From Fibrobacter sp. (GTDB lineage: Bacteria > Fibrobacterota > Fibrobacteria > Fibrobacterales > Fibrobacteraceae): a stretch of DNA of 64,000 nucleotides. Made by a program: the position numbers and the translations under genes. The notes under the pieces were generated by a model that saw only the letters and a list, made by a program, of their open reading frames with translations, did not search any database and was not told the DNA's origin. Positions 8,670 to 17,583 of the stretch are shown here, piece after piece; position 1 is the first letter of the stretch, and each line of letters begins with the position of its first letter. The stretch is from contig JBGUQN010000004.1 of NCBI GenBank assembly GCA_045131085.1, positions 9,127-73,126 on the forward strand. Direction: 5' to 3'.

Positions 8670-10364
8670 CTATCGCAGGCACTCGAAATACAGCGCCGTC
8701 ACCAGCGGCGCGTTCCAGTTTATCGCCGTCTCGTTGCTCGCGAAGGAAACTCGCTCGTCGGTATACGAGAATCCCGGCTGCGCGCCCGGATAATGCGGGA
8801 ATCGATGCAGGTCCTGCCTGTCGGCGTTGATGCCACCTGCGACAAGCCCCGGAATGGGTTCGTCTATACCATCGGAGTGGCTAATCCTATGGTGCAAGAA
8901 TTTCGGCGAACTCCAGGCGGCACCAGATACAAAGCAGCGTTCCACAGGGTTCTTGCCGAAAACAAAGTCAAGCATCTTTTTCGCGCTATCTACATAGGCA
9001 ACAGAAGGGCTCCAGGTATTCACCAAAAATAGCGTGAGCGCATGGTTTGCGATTTCGCCATTCGAGCCCCAGATAAACCGGCGGAGAGCAAGCCCATAGG
9101 CGTCCTCGCCAGCAAGGCGTACGATTTCGTCGGCAACGACCTTCAACGTATTGCGGGCACGTACCTGCAAGTCGAGGTTGCGCGACTGCAATGCAAGGGC
9201 AATCCAGCCCAGGTTCTGCGTATCGCGCCAGTCCAGACCAAGCGATGGTGGGCACTTTTCCATATCGCGAAGGAGCAAGTCCATCAAGTTTCCGGACAGC
9301 GAGAGAACACAATCGGAATCCTTCTCGCAATCCGAGCAAGGTTTTACGCCAATGCACACTTCGCGGAAAAGCATGGCCCTCGCCCAGAAAAATTCATCGT
9401 CATAGCGTTCATCGCCATAGCCGCCACTGCCTTCAGTATTGTGCGGATAGGTGACATCGGGGTTCTTTACCGCCCAGCCATACGCCCGGATAGCTGCCGA
9501 AAGGCACTGCTGCGCAAGGGCCGGGTCTACACTTTCAAACACACGATGTGCCTGGGCAAGCGCACCTGCAAAATTAAGCGTCGAGGTAGTCGACTTGCCC
9601 AAAATCTGGCGCTTCTGCGATTCATCGGACTCCGTCGGCGTTACAAAGCCATCCCAGCGGATTGGCGAAACCTTGAAGAACACGCCGCCGTCCGTATCTT
9701 GCATTCGCAAAAAGAATTCCAGCTCAAAACGGATTTCATCGAGGAGGTCTGCACGGAAAGAAGGCACGGCATTTTCGCCAAGCGATGCTCCGGACTTACC
9801 CGTAAATTCTGCCGCCAACAGGAGCGTGGCAATCGAAACACCGCCATTCACGATATACTTGCCATAGTCGCCGGCATCGTACCAGCCGCCATGAGCATTC
9901 CACGTACCTTCGCGATTCATGCTCGGGTGGAATTCAATGCAATCGTCCAAATGAGCCGCAGGCCTCGCCCATTTCCCCGCCTTATCGGCAGGCAATTCCA
10001 CACCACTGCGCTGGAAATAAAAAGACTTGAGCGTAAGGTGCAACAGTTCCGGGACAATATCATCCGAAACATCAAACAAATGCGATTCCGAAAGAACATT
10101 CCCGCCATCCGTCACACGGACTTTGTAACGGCCGGGCTTTTTCACAGCAGAAAAATCGCCTTTCCAGATAAATTCATCAGTATAGTCGCAGACCTTTTGC
10201 CCAGACATCGCTGCCGTATACACCACTGAGCCGGATTCCGTAACTACTTCAAAAGCGGGTGCGAATCCTTTTCCAGGAACACAGGCGGGTTCTGCCGCCA
10301 GCAAAAATTCCTTCGGCGAAACTGGAGCATACCCGACATGGTTATAGCACACCTTAAAACCCAT
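8670..10364 (-). CDS. Glycoside hydrolase family 9 (Ig-like module plus catalytic domain), no signal peptide
   Basis: NHVGY start; FYFQRSG; GGWYDAGDYGKY; WGSN; HHR; YTD...SNETAINWNA. Confidence 0.93.
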   Translation of the reverse strand: MGFKVCYNHVGYAPVSPKEFLLAAEPACVPGKGFAPAFEVVTESGSVVYTAAMSGQKVCDYTDEFIWKGDFSAVKKPGRYKVRVTDGGNVLSESHLFDVSDDIVPELLHLTLKSFYFQRSGVELPADKAGKWARPAAHLDDCIEFHPSMNREGTWNAHGGWYDAGDYGKYIVNGGVSIATLLLAAEFTGKSGASLGENAVPSFRADLLDEIRFELEFFLRMQDTDGGVFFKVSPIRWDGFVTPTESDESQKRQILGKSTTSTLNFAGALAQAHRVFESVDPALAQQCLSAAIRAYGWAVKNPDVTYPHNTEGSGGYGDERYDDEFFWARAMLFREVCIGVKPCSDCEKDSDCVLSLSGNLMDLLLRDMEKCPPSLGLDWRDTQNLGWIALALQSRNLDLQVRARNTLKVVADEIVRLAGEDAYGLALRRFIWGSNGEIANHALTLFLVNTWSPSVAYVDSAKKMLDFVFGKNPVERCFVSGAAWSSPKFLHHRISHSDGIDEPIPGLVAGGINADRQDLHRFPHYPGAQPGFSYTDERVSFASNETAINWNAPLVTALYFECLR

Positions 10365-10443
10365 GGTACAAGAATAGGTTTTTTATGGTGTAAACGTACA
10401 ACTGTAAACACCAATTTCGTATACAGGAATAAACAGGAAGGGG

Positions 10444-11133
10444 CTAAATCAAGTCCCTGGTAAGGAGTTCGCCATGGTCCAAAACCAAGCGGCGGAACGG
10501 GCTATTCAAGTAAAAATCCGGGTTATGCGTTGCCATCACGACAGTCGTACCGCGGGCGTTGATTTCCTTGAAAATACTAAAAACTTCTTCGGCGTTTTTC
10601 GGGTCAAGGTTACCTGTCGGTTCATCGGCCAGGAGCACATAAGGGTTGTGCACCATCGCACGGGCAATTGCCACACGCTGCTGTTCACCGCCCGAAAGCG
10701 TGTAGGGCATGGCAAAACGCTTCTGGCTAATCCCCACCAACGCCAGCGCGTCAAAGACGGCCGCATTGATCTTGTTGCCCGGAGTCCCCACAATACGCAG
10801 TGCAAGCGCCACGTTTTCAAAGACGTTCCTGTCGGGCAGCAGTTTAAAATCCTGGAAGATAATGCCCATCTTGCGGCGGAAAGCCTGAATTTTGTTATCG
10901 GGCGTGCTCTTGCTGTCGTACACGCAATCGCCAGTAAACTTCACCATCACCTGGCCACCGCGTTCCTCGTCCGGACGTTCGTCCATATAAATTAACTTGA
11001 GGACCGTCGACTTACCGGCACCGGAATGCCCGGTAAGGAATACGAATTCACCCTTGTTGATACGGAAGGTGATGTTGTTCAGCGCCTTCCAGTTGTCCTC
11101 GTAGGACTTCGTAACATGGGTGAAATGGATCAT
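10444..11133 (-). CDS. ftsE: Cell-division ABC ATPase FtsE
   Basis: FLTGHSGAGKST, IFQDFKLL, LSGGEQQRVAIARA, ADEPTGNLDP, MATH; 229 aa. Confidence 0.85.
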   Translation of the reverse strand: MIHFTHVTKSYEDNWKALNNITFRINKGEFVFLTGHSGAGKSTVLKLIYMDERPDEERGGQVMVKFTGDCVYDSKSTPDNKIQAFRRKMGIIFQDFKLLPDRNVFENVALALRIVGTPGNKINAAVFDALALVGISQKRFAMPYTLSGGEQQRVAIARAMVHNPYVLLADEPTGNLDPKNAEEVFSIFKEINARGTTVVMATHNPDFYLNSPFRRLVLDHGELLTRDLI

Positions 11134-11151
11134 GGCAATCGCCTTCCGGAA

Positions 11152-12438
11152 CTACTCCGTCATGCGGATTTCGATGTGGACTTCTTCGCGCCATTTCTTG
11201 ATAAGCGCGTTCAGTTTTTCATTTTCGAGGTGCGTTGCCGCCATCGCTTCGATCTTGCCGTAATCTTCTTCAAGCGTGAATTCGCGAATCTGGCGAGAAT
11301 CATCAAGGCGGAACAAGTGATAGGAGCCGTCAATTTCTACAGGTTCGGAAACCTCGCCCACGTTCAGGTTCGCCACCGGATCGACGTATGCAGGTTCCAT
11401 CTCGTTCTTCTGGAACCAGCCCAGCAGGCCACCCGCAAAGTTGCTCGACTTGTCGGTACTGAACTTCTTCGCAGCAGCGGAGAAATCTTCCTTCGTCTTG
11501 ATGGCCGCACGGAGAGAATCCGCAATGTGCAATACGCGAGCAGAATCCGCCGCCGTCGGGATGGTACGGAGCAGAATGTGCGCAGAACGCACGCCGTCTT
11601 CCTTACGGCCAATCACGCGGACAATATGCCAGCCGCGGTCCGTCTTCACAGGTGTCGACGCATACTGGCCGTTCTTAAGCTGGTCCAGAGTACGTTCGAA
11701 TGCAGGGTCCAAGAGGCCGCGCCTGAAATAGCCGAGGTCGCCGCCATTTGCAGCAGAAGAATCCTGCGAATGGTTCTTGGCAAGGAGTTCGAACTTGATG
11801 CCGAGATTGAGGCTGTCGACAAGAGCTTCGGCAATGCGCTTCACGGAATCCACAATAACGCTGTCCGGTTCAATCTTCAACTGGATATGGCTCAACTGCA
11901 CGCAGTTGTACTGGCGCGGGAGCGAATCCTTGTAAGCCTTGTAGAAAGCATCCACTTCTTTCTTAGTCGGGCTCACTGCACCCACATGGCGCTGGCGAAC
12001 GCGCTGGAGTTCCACGTGGCTGCGGATTTGCTTTGCAAGCTGGTCACGGTACTGAGCCATGCTCACCCCGAGCTGCGAACGGATTGCCTTTTCGAGAGTC
12101 GCAAGGTTCACGTTCTGGCTAGCCGCCAGCTGAGTCAAGTGGGCTGTTACGCGCTGGTCGATTTCAGCATCGCTAACCACGATGGAATCACGGTCAATGC
12201 GGCTGAGCAAGACCTTTTCTTCGATAAGTTTGTCGAGCACGTACTGCTTCTGCTGCTCTTCGCTCATCGCGGAGCCTTCGGGGGTCTCCTGGAAATGGTA
12301 AAGGTTATTCAGGAATTCCGAACGCATGATAGGCTTGCCATCGACAATCGCGGCAATGCCTTCCATAAGCACCGGCGCAGCGAATGCCGTAGATGCAAGC
12401 AAACCCAGAGCAAAATACAACAGACCAAACTTCTTCAT
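11152..12438 (-). CDS. surA: Periplasmic chaperone/PPIase SurA
   Basis: Signal peptide; IAAIVDG SurA N-domain; parvulin domains (SHI...FELLAKNHSQD..GGDLG and AHIL...FSAAAKKFSTD..GGLLG). Confidence 0.85.
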   Translation of the reverse strand: MKKFGLLYFALGLLASTAFAAPVLMEGIAAIVDGKPIMRSEFLNNLYHFQETPEGSAMSEEQQKQYVLDKLIEEKVLLSRIDRDSIVVSDAEIDQRVTAHLTQLAASQNVNLATLEKAIRSQLGVSMAQYRDQLAKQIRSHVELQRVRQRHVGAVSPTKKEVDAFYKAYKDSLPRQYNCVQLSHIQLKIEPDSVIVDSVKRIAEALVDSLNLGIKFELLAKNHSQDSSAANGGDLGYFRRGLLDPAFERTLDQLKNGQYASTPVKTDRGWHIVRVIGRKEDGVRSAHILLRTIPTAADSARVLHIADSLRAAIKTKEDFSAAAKKFSTDKSSNFAGGLLGWFQKNEMEPAYVDPVANLNVGEVSEPVEIDGSYHLFRLDDSRQIREFTLEEDYGKIEAMAATHLENEKLNALIKKWREEVHIEIRMTE

Positions 12439-13256
12439 TAGTTTTCCTTTTCAGTAAACACGGGCGACTTAGAGAAAATGGGGCGTTTCATCTTCCATTC
12501 CTTCTTGAGTCGTTCCATAACCATTTTCTTATGTTCGAGCCAAACTAGATTCGAAACGTCTTCAGCGACTTCCACATAGGGGCGCACCTCAGCAGAATCA
12601 AGCCTTTCCGTAACCACGGCCATCTTCAGGCCACCCTTGCAATAGCGCATGGCCGAAAGTTTGCCTACAGGGAACGTGAGAATATCGTGAATAAGGCATG
12701 TATCCGGAGATACATCCATAGAATCAAACGGCAAAATCTCGGAAATCAAGGGGTGTTCTGCAGGGACCTTGTTAAACGCACGGGACTTCATTTCACGGTA
12801 ATAGGCATCCGCATTCGCCCAGCTCTTGAAACTGAGCACCGCACCCGAAACGGTAGTCTTCCCGCGAAGGTAGGAATCCTGGTGCTGCTGGTAATAAGCG
12901 AGTTTTTCCGCATCACCGACCATCATGGTATCGGCAAAAGTCTGCAAGTAGTAATCCACAATCATCTTGCGGACAGTACTTTCAATTTGCGAGGCAAGGA
13001 TGGTATCGTTCGTAATTTTTGCATCCATCGCTTCCTGGTAAATGACTTCCTCTTCCATCCAGTGTTCCAGGAACGCGAGCTTGGCCCGGTCATCCAGGGA
13101 ATCCCACTGCGGGACATACTTATGCACCAGCGACTGGGTGAGCTTGGTAGACCCGACCGAGACGATTACGGGATCTTCATTGCCAAAAAAGGGAACGTTA
13201 CACGCAACTAGGAAAAGGAGCGATAACGAGCACAATATGCGGACTAGCGAATTCAT
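12438..13256 (-). CDS. Lipoprotein of the PpiC/SurA-like foldase family (degenerate parvulin)
   Basis: Start reassigned to ATG 13256 (MNSLVRIL..LVAC lipobox); VIVSVG..LT, W.EEEVIYQEA; its stop overlaps the surA start. Confidence 0.65.
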   Translation of the reverse strand: MNSLVRILCSLSLLFLVACNVPFFGNEDPVIVSVGSTKLTQSLVHKYVPQWDSLDDRAKLAFLEHWMEEEVIYQEAMDAKITNDTILASQIESTVRKMIVDYYLQTFADTMMVGDAEKLAYYQQHQDSYLRGKTTVSGAVLSFKSWANADAYYREMKSRAFNKVPAEHPLISEILPFDSMDVSPDTCLIHDILTFPVGKLSAMRYCKGGLKMAVVTERLDSAEVRPYVEVAEDVSNLVWLEHKKMVMERLKKEWKMKRPIFSKSPVFTEKEN

Positions 13257-13323
13257 CGCCCCATAATTTAGAAAATTTGCAACAGGCAGCCCACAAAAAT
13301 CCCCGAAAAACGGGCGGGAGCGC

Positions 13324-16300
13324 CTAGCGCAGGCGGCCGAAACGCCCTTTGAGCTTCGCCAGGGAATCTTCCTCGATAATCTCTTCGGCATCGTCGCCCT
13401 TGCGCTTGAACTTGAGAATTTCGAAGTCCTCGAGCATGGCCGAGGCCTGCAAGTAGAGTTCCGGATATTCAGAATCGTCCTGCTGCATGCGCTCCATTTT
13501 CGAGAGGATATCTCGGGCATTTTTGAGTTCGTGATCCTTCATGAAGCGCGCCTTGAGGAAGGAGCGAAACTTTTCGCGGAGGTCCTTGACCGAGAGGTCT
13601 ATTTTGTCGCCAATTGGGGACGCAAGTAGCTTATCGCGGGTATCAAGTGCGCCGCCGAGCACGGCAAGCCTTTCGAACAAAGTATTTTCCTTACGGTCGG
13701 GCAGGTAAAGCGCCACAATCTTCGAGATGGACTTGTTCTTCGCCATAAGCGCGGCGATGGCATCGCGGGCATGATCATCGCCCTGGCGCATGGCAAGCGA
13801 GAACTCGCGAAGGATATCCCAAAGTTGCACAAAGGCATCGGCACCGAGAAGCGCCGATTCGTAAGTAGCGCGCACTAGCGCAAGGCGCATTTCTTCATCT
13901 TCGCTGCGGGTGCTTGCAGCAAGGTTCCTGAAGTCGCGAATCTTTTTACCGCGGGAAAACTCGAGACCAGAAAAACGCACGCAGCGGTTCGCATCCAGGT
14001 TGTCGGCAGTAAGCGACTTCAAGACCCACGACTTGAGCGCCGTCTTGAAGCCATCGGAATAAAGGCCGCCCGTCTCAAGCATATTCAGACGGTCCATAAT
14101 CATCGTCATGGCGGACTCCGATCCGCCATCTCGCAACGATTTGACTTCTACGCGTTTGCGGAAATCTTGCCAGAAGGCAGATTCTGCCGGGGTCATGAGC
14201 GCCGATTCCCCGAGACGCCAGCCGAAGCGCATGTCGCCAAGCGCAAAGTCGATACCGAACGTCACGAGGACGGGTCGCACCGCTGCAAACAGCCGGAAAC
14301 TCCCCCACTCGGGATTAATCTCGCAGGGAAACTTCTCCGCAAAACCCTGCTTGAAGATTCGCGCATGAATCCGCAGGTGGTTTTCCTTTTCGGGCGTGAC
14401 CGTCGGGATATTGCAATCGAGCTGCTTGATTTCGGAGAACACCTCGTAGAGGCTGAAAAGCGGGGCCTTGTGCGGGTTAGCCTTGAGTTTGTCGCAGAAA
14501 GCGTCATCGATAAACGTGCGTTTGCCTTCCAGTTGTTTTTTTGCGGCCTTCGGCATCTCGCGAATAATGGATTCCGCCATCCACTCGCGCCATTGGTGAA
14601 TCGAGAGCGCAAGAACCGCGGGCGTCACCTGCGGAAGCATGTCATAAGGCAGGTCGAGCGTGATGCCGTCACAGTCGCGCATCGCATCGAAGACCATCTC
14701 GCCCACCACCATGCGGCTGGAACCGTCGAGCCCTTCGATGCGGAACTGTTCGAGGGAGCCGCCGAGAGATGGGCTTAACGTCATAGCGGATCTAGATCCG
14801 CCATCTAGGTTCCGGGTCGAGCCCGGAATGACGTTTTTCCCACCCTTCGCCAAAACATCGAAAGCGCGGTTGCTAAATCCAGAATCCGTGTAGCTTATGC
14901 CCGTTTCACTCTGGTCCAGCCAGAACTTCGCATCGAATTTCAGGAACTGGTCCGTATGTTCACGGATATAATCCTTGAGCGTCTTGATGGAATTCACCTC
15001 ATGCGCAATGCGCACGTAATAATCCACCAGGGCATCTTCGCTCGGGGCAAGCCCAAATTGGCGTTTGCGGGCTTCAAGTGCATGCAAATCCTCAACGACG
15101 CGTTCGTTGTGTGTCATGAAGGCAAACGGACGCGCCATCTGGCCAAGCACTACGGCTTCGCGCCAGAAAATGGCGGCACATTCTTCAGGATTCACGCGGG
15201 CATAATCCACGCGATGCCCGCGGCTAATCACAAGCCCGCGGAAGCTGACTTCTTCTACCGCTTCCACGAAACCGCGTTCCTGGTTCCATGTGGGCGCAAA
15301 CCAGCGGCGCGTGCAGAACGGTTCCGCCACCTGCATAATCCATTCGGGCTTGATTTCGGCGCCCTTGTTCAAGAATATGCGGCTCGTCTCGCGGACTTCA
15401 GCGCTAAACATCCATTCTACGCTCTTGCCGTAAAGGTCACTGCCCGGGAACACGTGCGTCTCGCGGCCACTCACCAGGCGGTAGCAGCCGTTCTCGATAT
15501 CGCGGAGAGCAATGCCGCCCAGGAATCCCGAAAGCAAGGCGATGTGCAGGTTGTCGCGGTGGAAACTGTCAAGCGGGCACACGCGATTCTCGAATTTCAC
15601 GTCGAGGATACGCCCGAACTGTTCGTACAGATCAATCCATTCGCGGCAACGCAAAAAGTGAAGGCTGTTCTTATCGCAGAACTTGCGCAACTTGTTCCAG
15701 GTCTTGCCATCCCATTCGGCACAGAAGGCGTTCCACATGCAGATGAACGTGAGGAAATCGCTCTTGTGGCCCGCGAACTTGCGGTGCAACTGGCGAATGC
15801 GGGTGCGTTCCGGTTCTTCGCTCGGCACCACGCGCGGGTCCTGGATGCTCAAGGCCGAGCAGACAATCAACGCGGGCTGCAATACGCCGGCATCGCGCGC
15901 CCGCAGGAGCACTGCCGAGAGCGCCACGTCCATCGGGAGGCGCGTCATTTCGCGGCCAAGTTTGGTCACATGTCCGCTGGCGTTATCGGCGGTCAACGCG
16001 CCGAGTTCAAAAAGCGTCTTGTACGCGCCGCGGAACGCCGAATGTGGCGGCGACTGCAGGAACGGGAAATTCTCGAGTTCCAACCCGAGACTACGCAGTT
16101 GCAAGACAACATTCGCGAGATTACTCCGCCGGATTTCCGGCTCCGTAAACTCGTCTCGCTTCTCGAAATCTTCGGGAGAATAAAGGCGAATGCAAACACC
16201 GGGCTTTACGCGCCCCGCACGCCCTGTGCGCTGCCGGGCACTCGCCTTCGAAATGTCCTCGACGGGCAACCCCTGAATTCGGGACTGCGCGTTGTACCGC

Positions 16301-17358
16301 GAAATGCGGGCTGTACCGGTATCTACCACGTAGGCGATTCCTGGAATCGTAAGCGAAGTTTCGGCGATGTTCGTCGCGAGTACCACGCGGGTCTTTTCCG
16401 TATGCCTGAAGATGCGACGCTGTTCGTCGGGGCTCATGCGCCCGTAAAGCGGCAAGATGTCGAAAGTCGCAGAATCCAGTTCGTGCGAGAGCTCGCCCGC
16501 CAAGTCCTGGATGTCGCGTTCCGTCGGCAAAAAACAAAGCAGGTGGTCGCGATGGCGCGTTTCCAAATCGAGAATCGCATCGCGCGCCTCGTCCAGCAGG
16601 CCGGAATCGCCCTTGCCAGAGGCGTCTCGTTTCGAAGCATCGTCATTCCGGCCTTGAGCCGGAATCCCAAAATCAGACAAGATTCCGGGTCGGAGCCCGG
16701 AATGACGATTACCCATTCCCCCGTCAAAGTAATACTCGACTTCAACCGGGAACGTTCTTCCCTCGGCTTCGAGCACGCAGCTGTTGTCGTAAAATTCCTC
16801 GAAGAGCTTGGCATCGAGCGTCGCGGAGGCCACAATCAGCTTGAATTCCGGACGTTCATGCAATACCGTCTTGAAAATGCCGAGCAAAATGTCGATGTTC
16901 AGCGAGCGTTCATGCGCCTCGTCAATCACGATGGCCGAATACTGTTTAAAAAGCCTGTCGCGGCGGAATTCCTGCAACAGGATGCCGTCCGTCATCACCT
17001 TGATAGGGGCATCGCTCTGGCCCTGTTCCCAGAAGCGGATTTTCGTGGAGACAAGCGTCTCGTCATTCAACTCTTCGCGCAGGCGGTCCGCAATAGAAAT
17101 CGCCGCCAAACGCCGCGGTTCCGTCACGCCAATCTTGAAACCAGCCTTGTCATCCCCGCGGAGGCGGGGATCTTGCTCACCCGCGGTCTTACCATCGAAC
17201 CACTCGAGCAAAAACTTCGGCAGCTGCGTCGACTTGCCGGAACCGGTGTCCGCCTTGACAATCACCACCTGATGCTTCTCGAGCATCTCGAAGAACTCTT
17301 CCCGATGTTCAACGACAGGAAGCTCTGGGTAAGCAATTTTCAAGTTCTCGTAAGACAT
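13324..17358 (-). CDS. hrpA: ATP-dependent DEAH-box RNA helicase HrpA-like, containing in-frame palindromic insertions
   Basis: LPV, DTGSGKSTQLPK, DEAHERSLNID, SATL, TNIAETSLT, QRTGRAGR; start reassigned to ATG 17358 (MSYENL). Confidence 0.88.
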   Translation of the reverse strand: MSYENLKIAYPELPVVEHREEFFEMLEKHQVVIVKADTGSGKSTQLPKFLLEWFDGKTAGEQDPRLRGDDKAGFKIGVTEPRRLAAISIADRLREELNDETLVSTKIRFWEQGQSDAPIKVMTDGILLQEFRRDRLFKQYSAIVIDEAHERSLNIDILLGIFKTVLHERPEFKLIVASATLDAKLFEEFYDNSCVLEAEGRTFPVEVEYYFDGGMGNRHSGLRPGILSDFGIPAQGRNDDASKRDASGKGDSGLLDEARDAILDLETRHRDHLLCFLPTERDIQDLAGELSHELDSATFDILPLYGRMSPDEQRRIFRHTEKTRVVLATNIAETSLTIPGIAYVVDTGTARISRYNAQSRIQGLPVEDISKASARQRTGRAGRVKPGVCIRLYSPEDFEKRDEFTEPEIRRSNLANVVLQLRSLGLELENFPFLQSPPHSAFRGAYKTLFELGALTADNASGHVTKLGREMTRLPMDVALSAVLLRARDAGVLQPALIVCSALSIQDPRVVPSEEPERTRIRQLHRKFAGHKSDFLTFICMWNAFCAEWDGKTWNKLRKFCDKNSLHFLRCREWIDLYEQFGRILDVKFENRVCPLDSFHRDNLHIALLSGFLGGIALRDIENGCYRLVSGRETHVFPGSDLYGKSVEWMFSAEVRETSRIFLNKGAEIKPEWIMQVAEPFCTRRWFAPTWNQERGFVEAVEEVSFRGLVISRGHRVDYARVNPEECAAIFWREAVVLGQMARPFAFMTHNERVVEDLHALEARKRQFGLAPSEDALVDYYVRIAHEVNSIKTLKDYIREHTDQFLKFDAKFWLDQSETGISYTDSGFSNRAFDVLAKGGKNVIPGSTRNLDGGSRSAMTLSPSLGGSLEQFRIEGLDGSSRMVVGEMVFDAMRDCDGITLDLPYDMLPQVTPAVLALSIHQWREWMAESIIREMPKAAKKQLEGKRTFIDDAFCDKLKANPHKAPLFSLYEVFSEIKQLDCNIPTVTPEKENHLRIHARIFKQGFAEKFPCEINPEWGSFRLFAAVRPVLVTFGIDFALGDMRFGWRLGESALMTPAESAFWQDFRKRVEVKSLRDGGSESAMTMIMDRLNMLETGGLYSDGFKTALKSWVLKSLTADNLDANRCVRFSGLEFSRGKKIRDFRNLAASTRSEDEEMRLALVRATYESALLGADAFVQLWDILREFSLAMRQGDDHARDAIAALMAKNKSISKIVALYLPDRKENTLFERLAVLGGALDTRDKLLASPIGDKIDLSVKDLREKFRSFLKARFMKDHELKNARDILSKMERMQQDDSEYPELYLQASAMLEDFEILKFKRKGDDAEEIIEEDSLAKLKGRFGRLR
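14104..14132. repeat. Single REP-like palindrome inside hrpA
   Basis: CGTCATGGCGGA-CTCCGA-TCCGCCATCTC; translates as RDGGSESAMT. Confidence 0.75.
14777..14835. repeat. Inverted REP-like doublet inside hrpA
   Basis: AACGTCATAGCGGATCTAGATCCGCCATCT joined to AGGTTCCGGGTCGAGCCCGGAATGACGTT, with terminal inverted repeats AACGTCAT/ATGACGTT; translates as NVIPGSTRNLDGGSRSAMT. Confidence 0.8.
16639..16709. repeat. Inverted REP-like doublet inside hrpA
   Basis: ATCGTCATTCCGGCCTTGAGCCGGAATC, a 14-nt spacer, then GATTCCGGGTCGGAGCCCGGAATGACGAT; 13-bp perfect terminal inverted repeat; translates as RHSGLRPGILSDFGIPAQGRNDD. Confidence 0.85.
17149..17173. repeat. Single REP-like palindrome inside hrpA
   Basis: GTCATCCCCGC-GGAG-GCGGGGATCT; translates as DPRLRGDD. 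Confidence 0.8.
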
Positions 17359-17362
17359 GCTA

Positions 17363-17422
17363 AATGTGAAATGTGTGATGTGAGATGTGGAATGATTCAC
17401 TTCACATTCCACACTTCACATT
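17363..17422. repeat. Inverted array of 7-nt units forming a hairpin
   Basis: ATGTGAA ATGTGTG ATGTGAG ATGTGGA followed by TTCAC TTCACAT TCCACAC TTCACATT. Confidence 0.75.
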
Positions 17423-17424
17423 AC

Positions 17425-17565
17425 TCACTCTTTTATGTGCCCGCACTTGTCGCAGGTAAGTTTGTAGCTGTTGTCGGGATCGACGACCATCACGCCGTCG
17501 CATTCCGGCACTTCGCACGGGAGTTCGCCCGGCATCACTTCGCGGTAAGTCTGTTTTTCTTCCAT
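17425..17565 (-). CDS. Small zinc-ribbon protein (46 aa; not in the ORF track)
   Basis: Manual translation MEEKQTYREVMPGELPCEVPECDGVMVVDPDNSYKLTCDKCGHIKE*; C-x4-C and C-x2-C-G-H; promoter-like TATAATTG just upstream. Confidence 0.75.
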   Translation of the reverse strand: MEEKQTYREVMPGELPCEVPECDGVMVVDPDNSYKLTCDKCGHIKE

Positions 17566-17583
17566 GAACCCAATTATAGAAAA

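Noticed and set aside
13257-13520. N-terminal extensions in the ORF track (also at 17412, 25094, 29233, 30729, 38242, 51581, 51588)
   Set aside because: Downstream ATGs have better RBS or promoter context and usually begin signal peptides or conserved domains; the extensions cross other genes, repeats or promoters.
17363-17422. CRISPR array
   Set aside because: The units are 7 nt with no spacers, they are inverted, and there are no cas genes.
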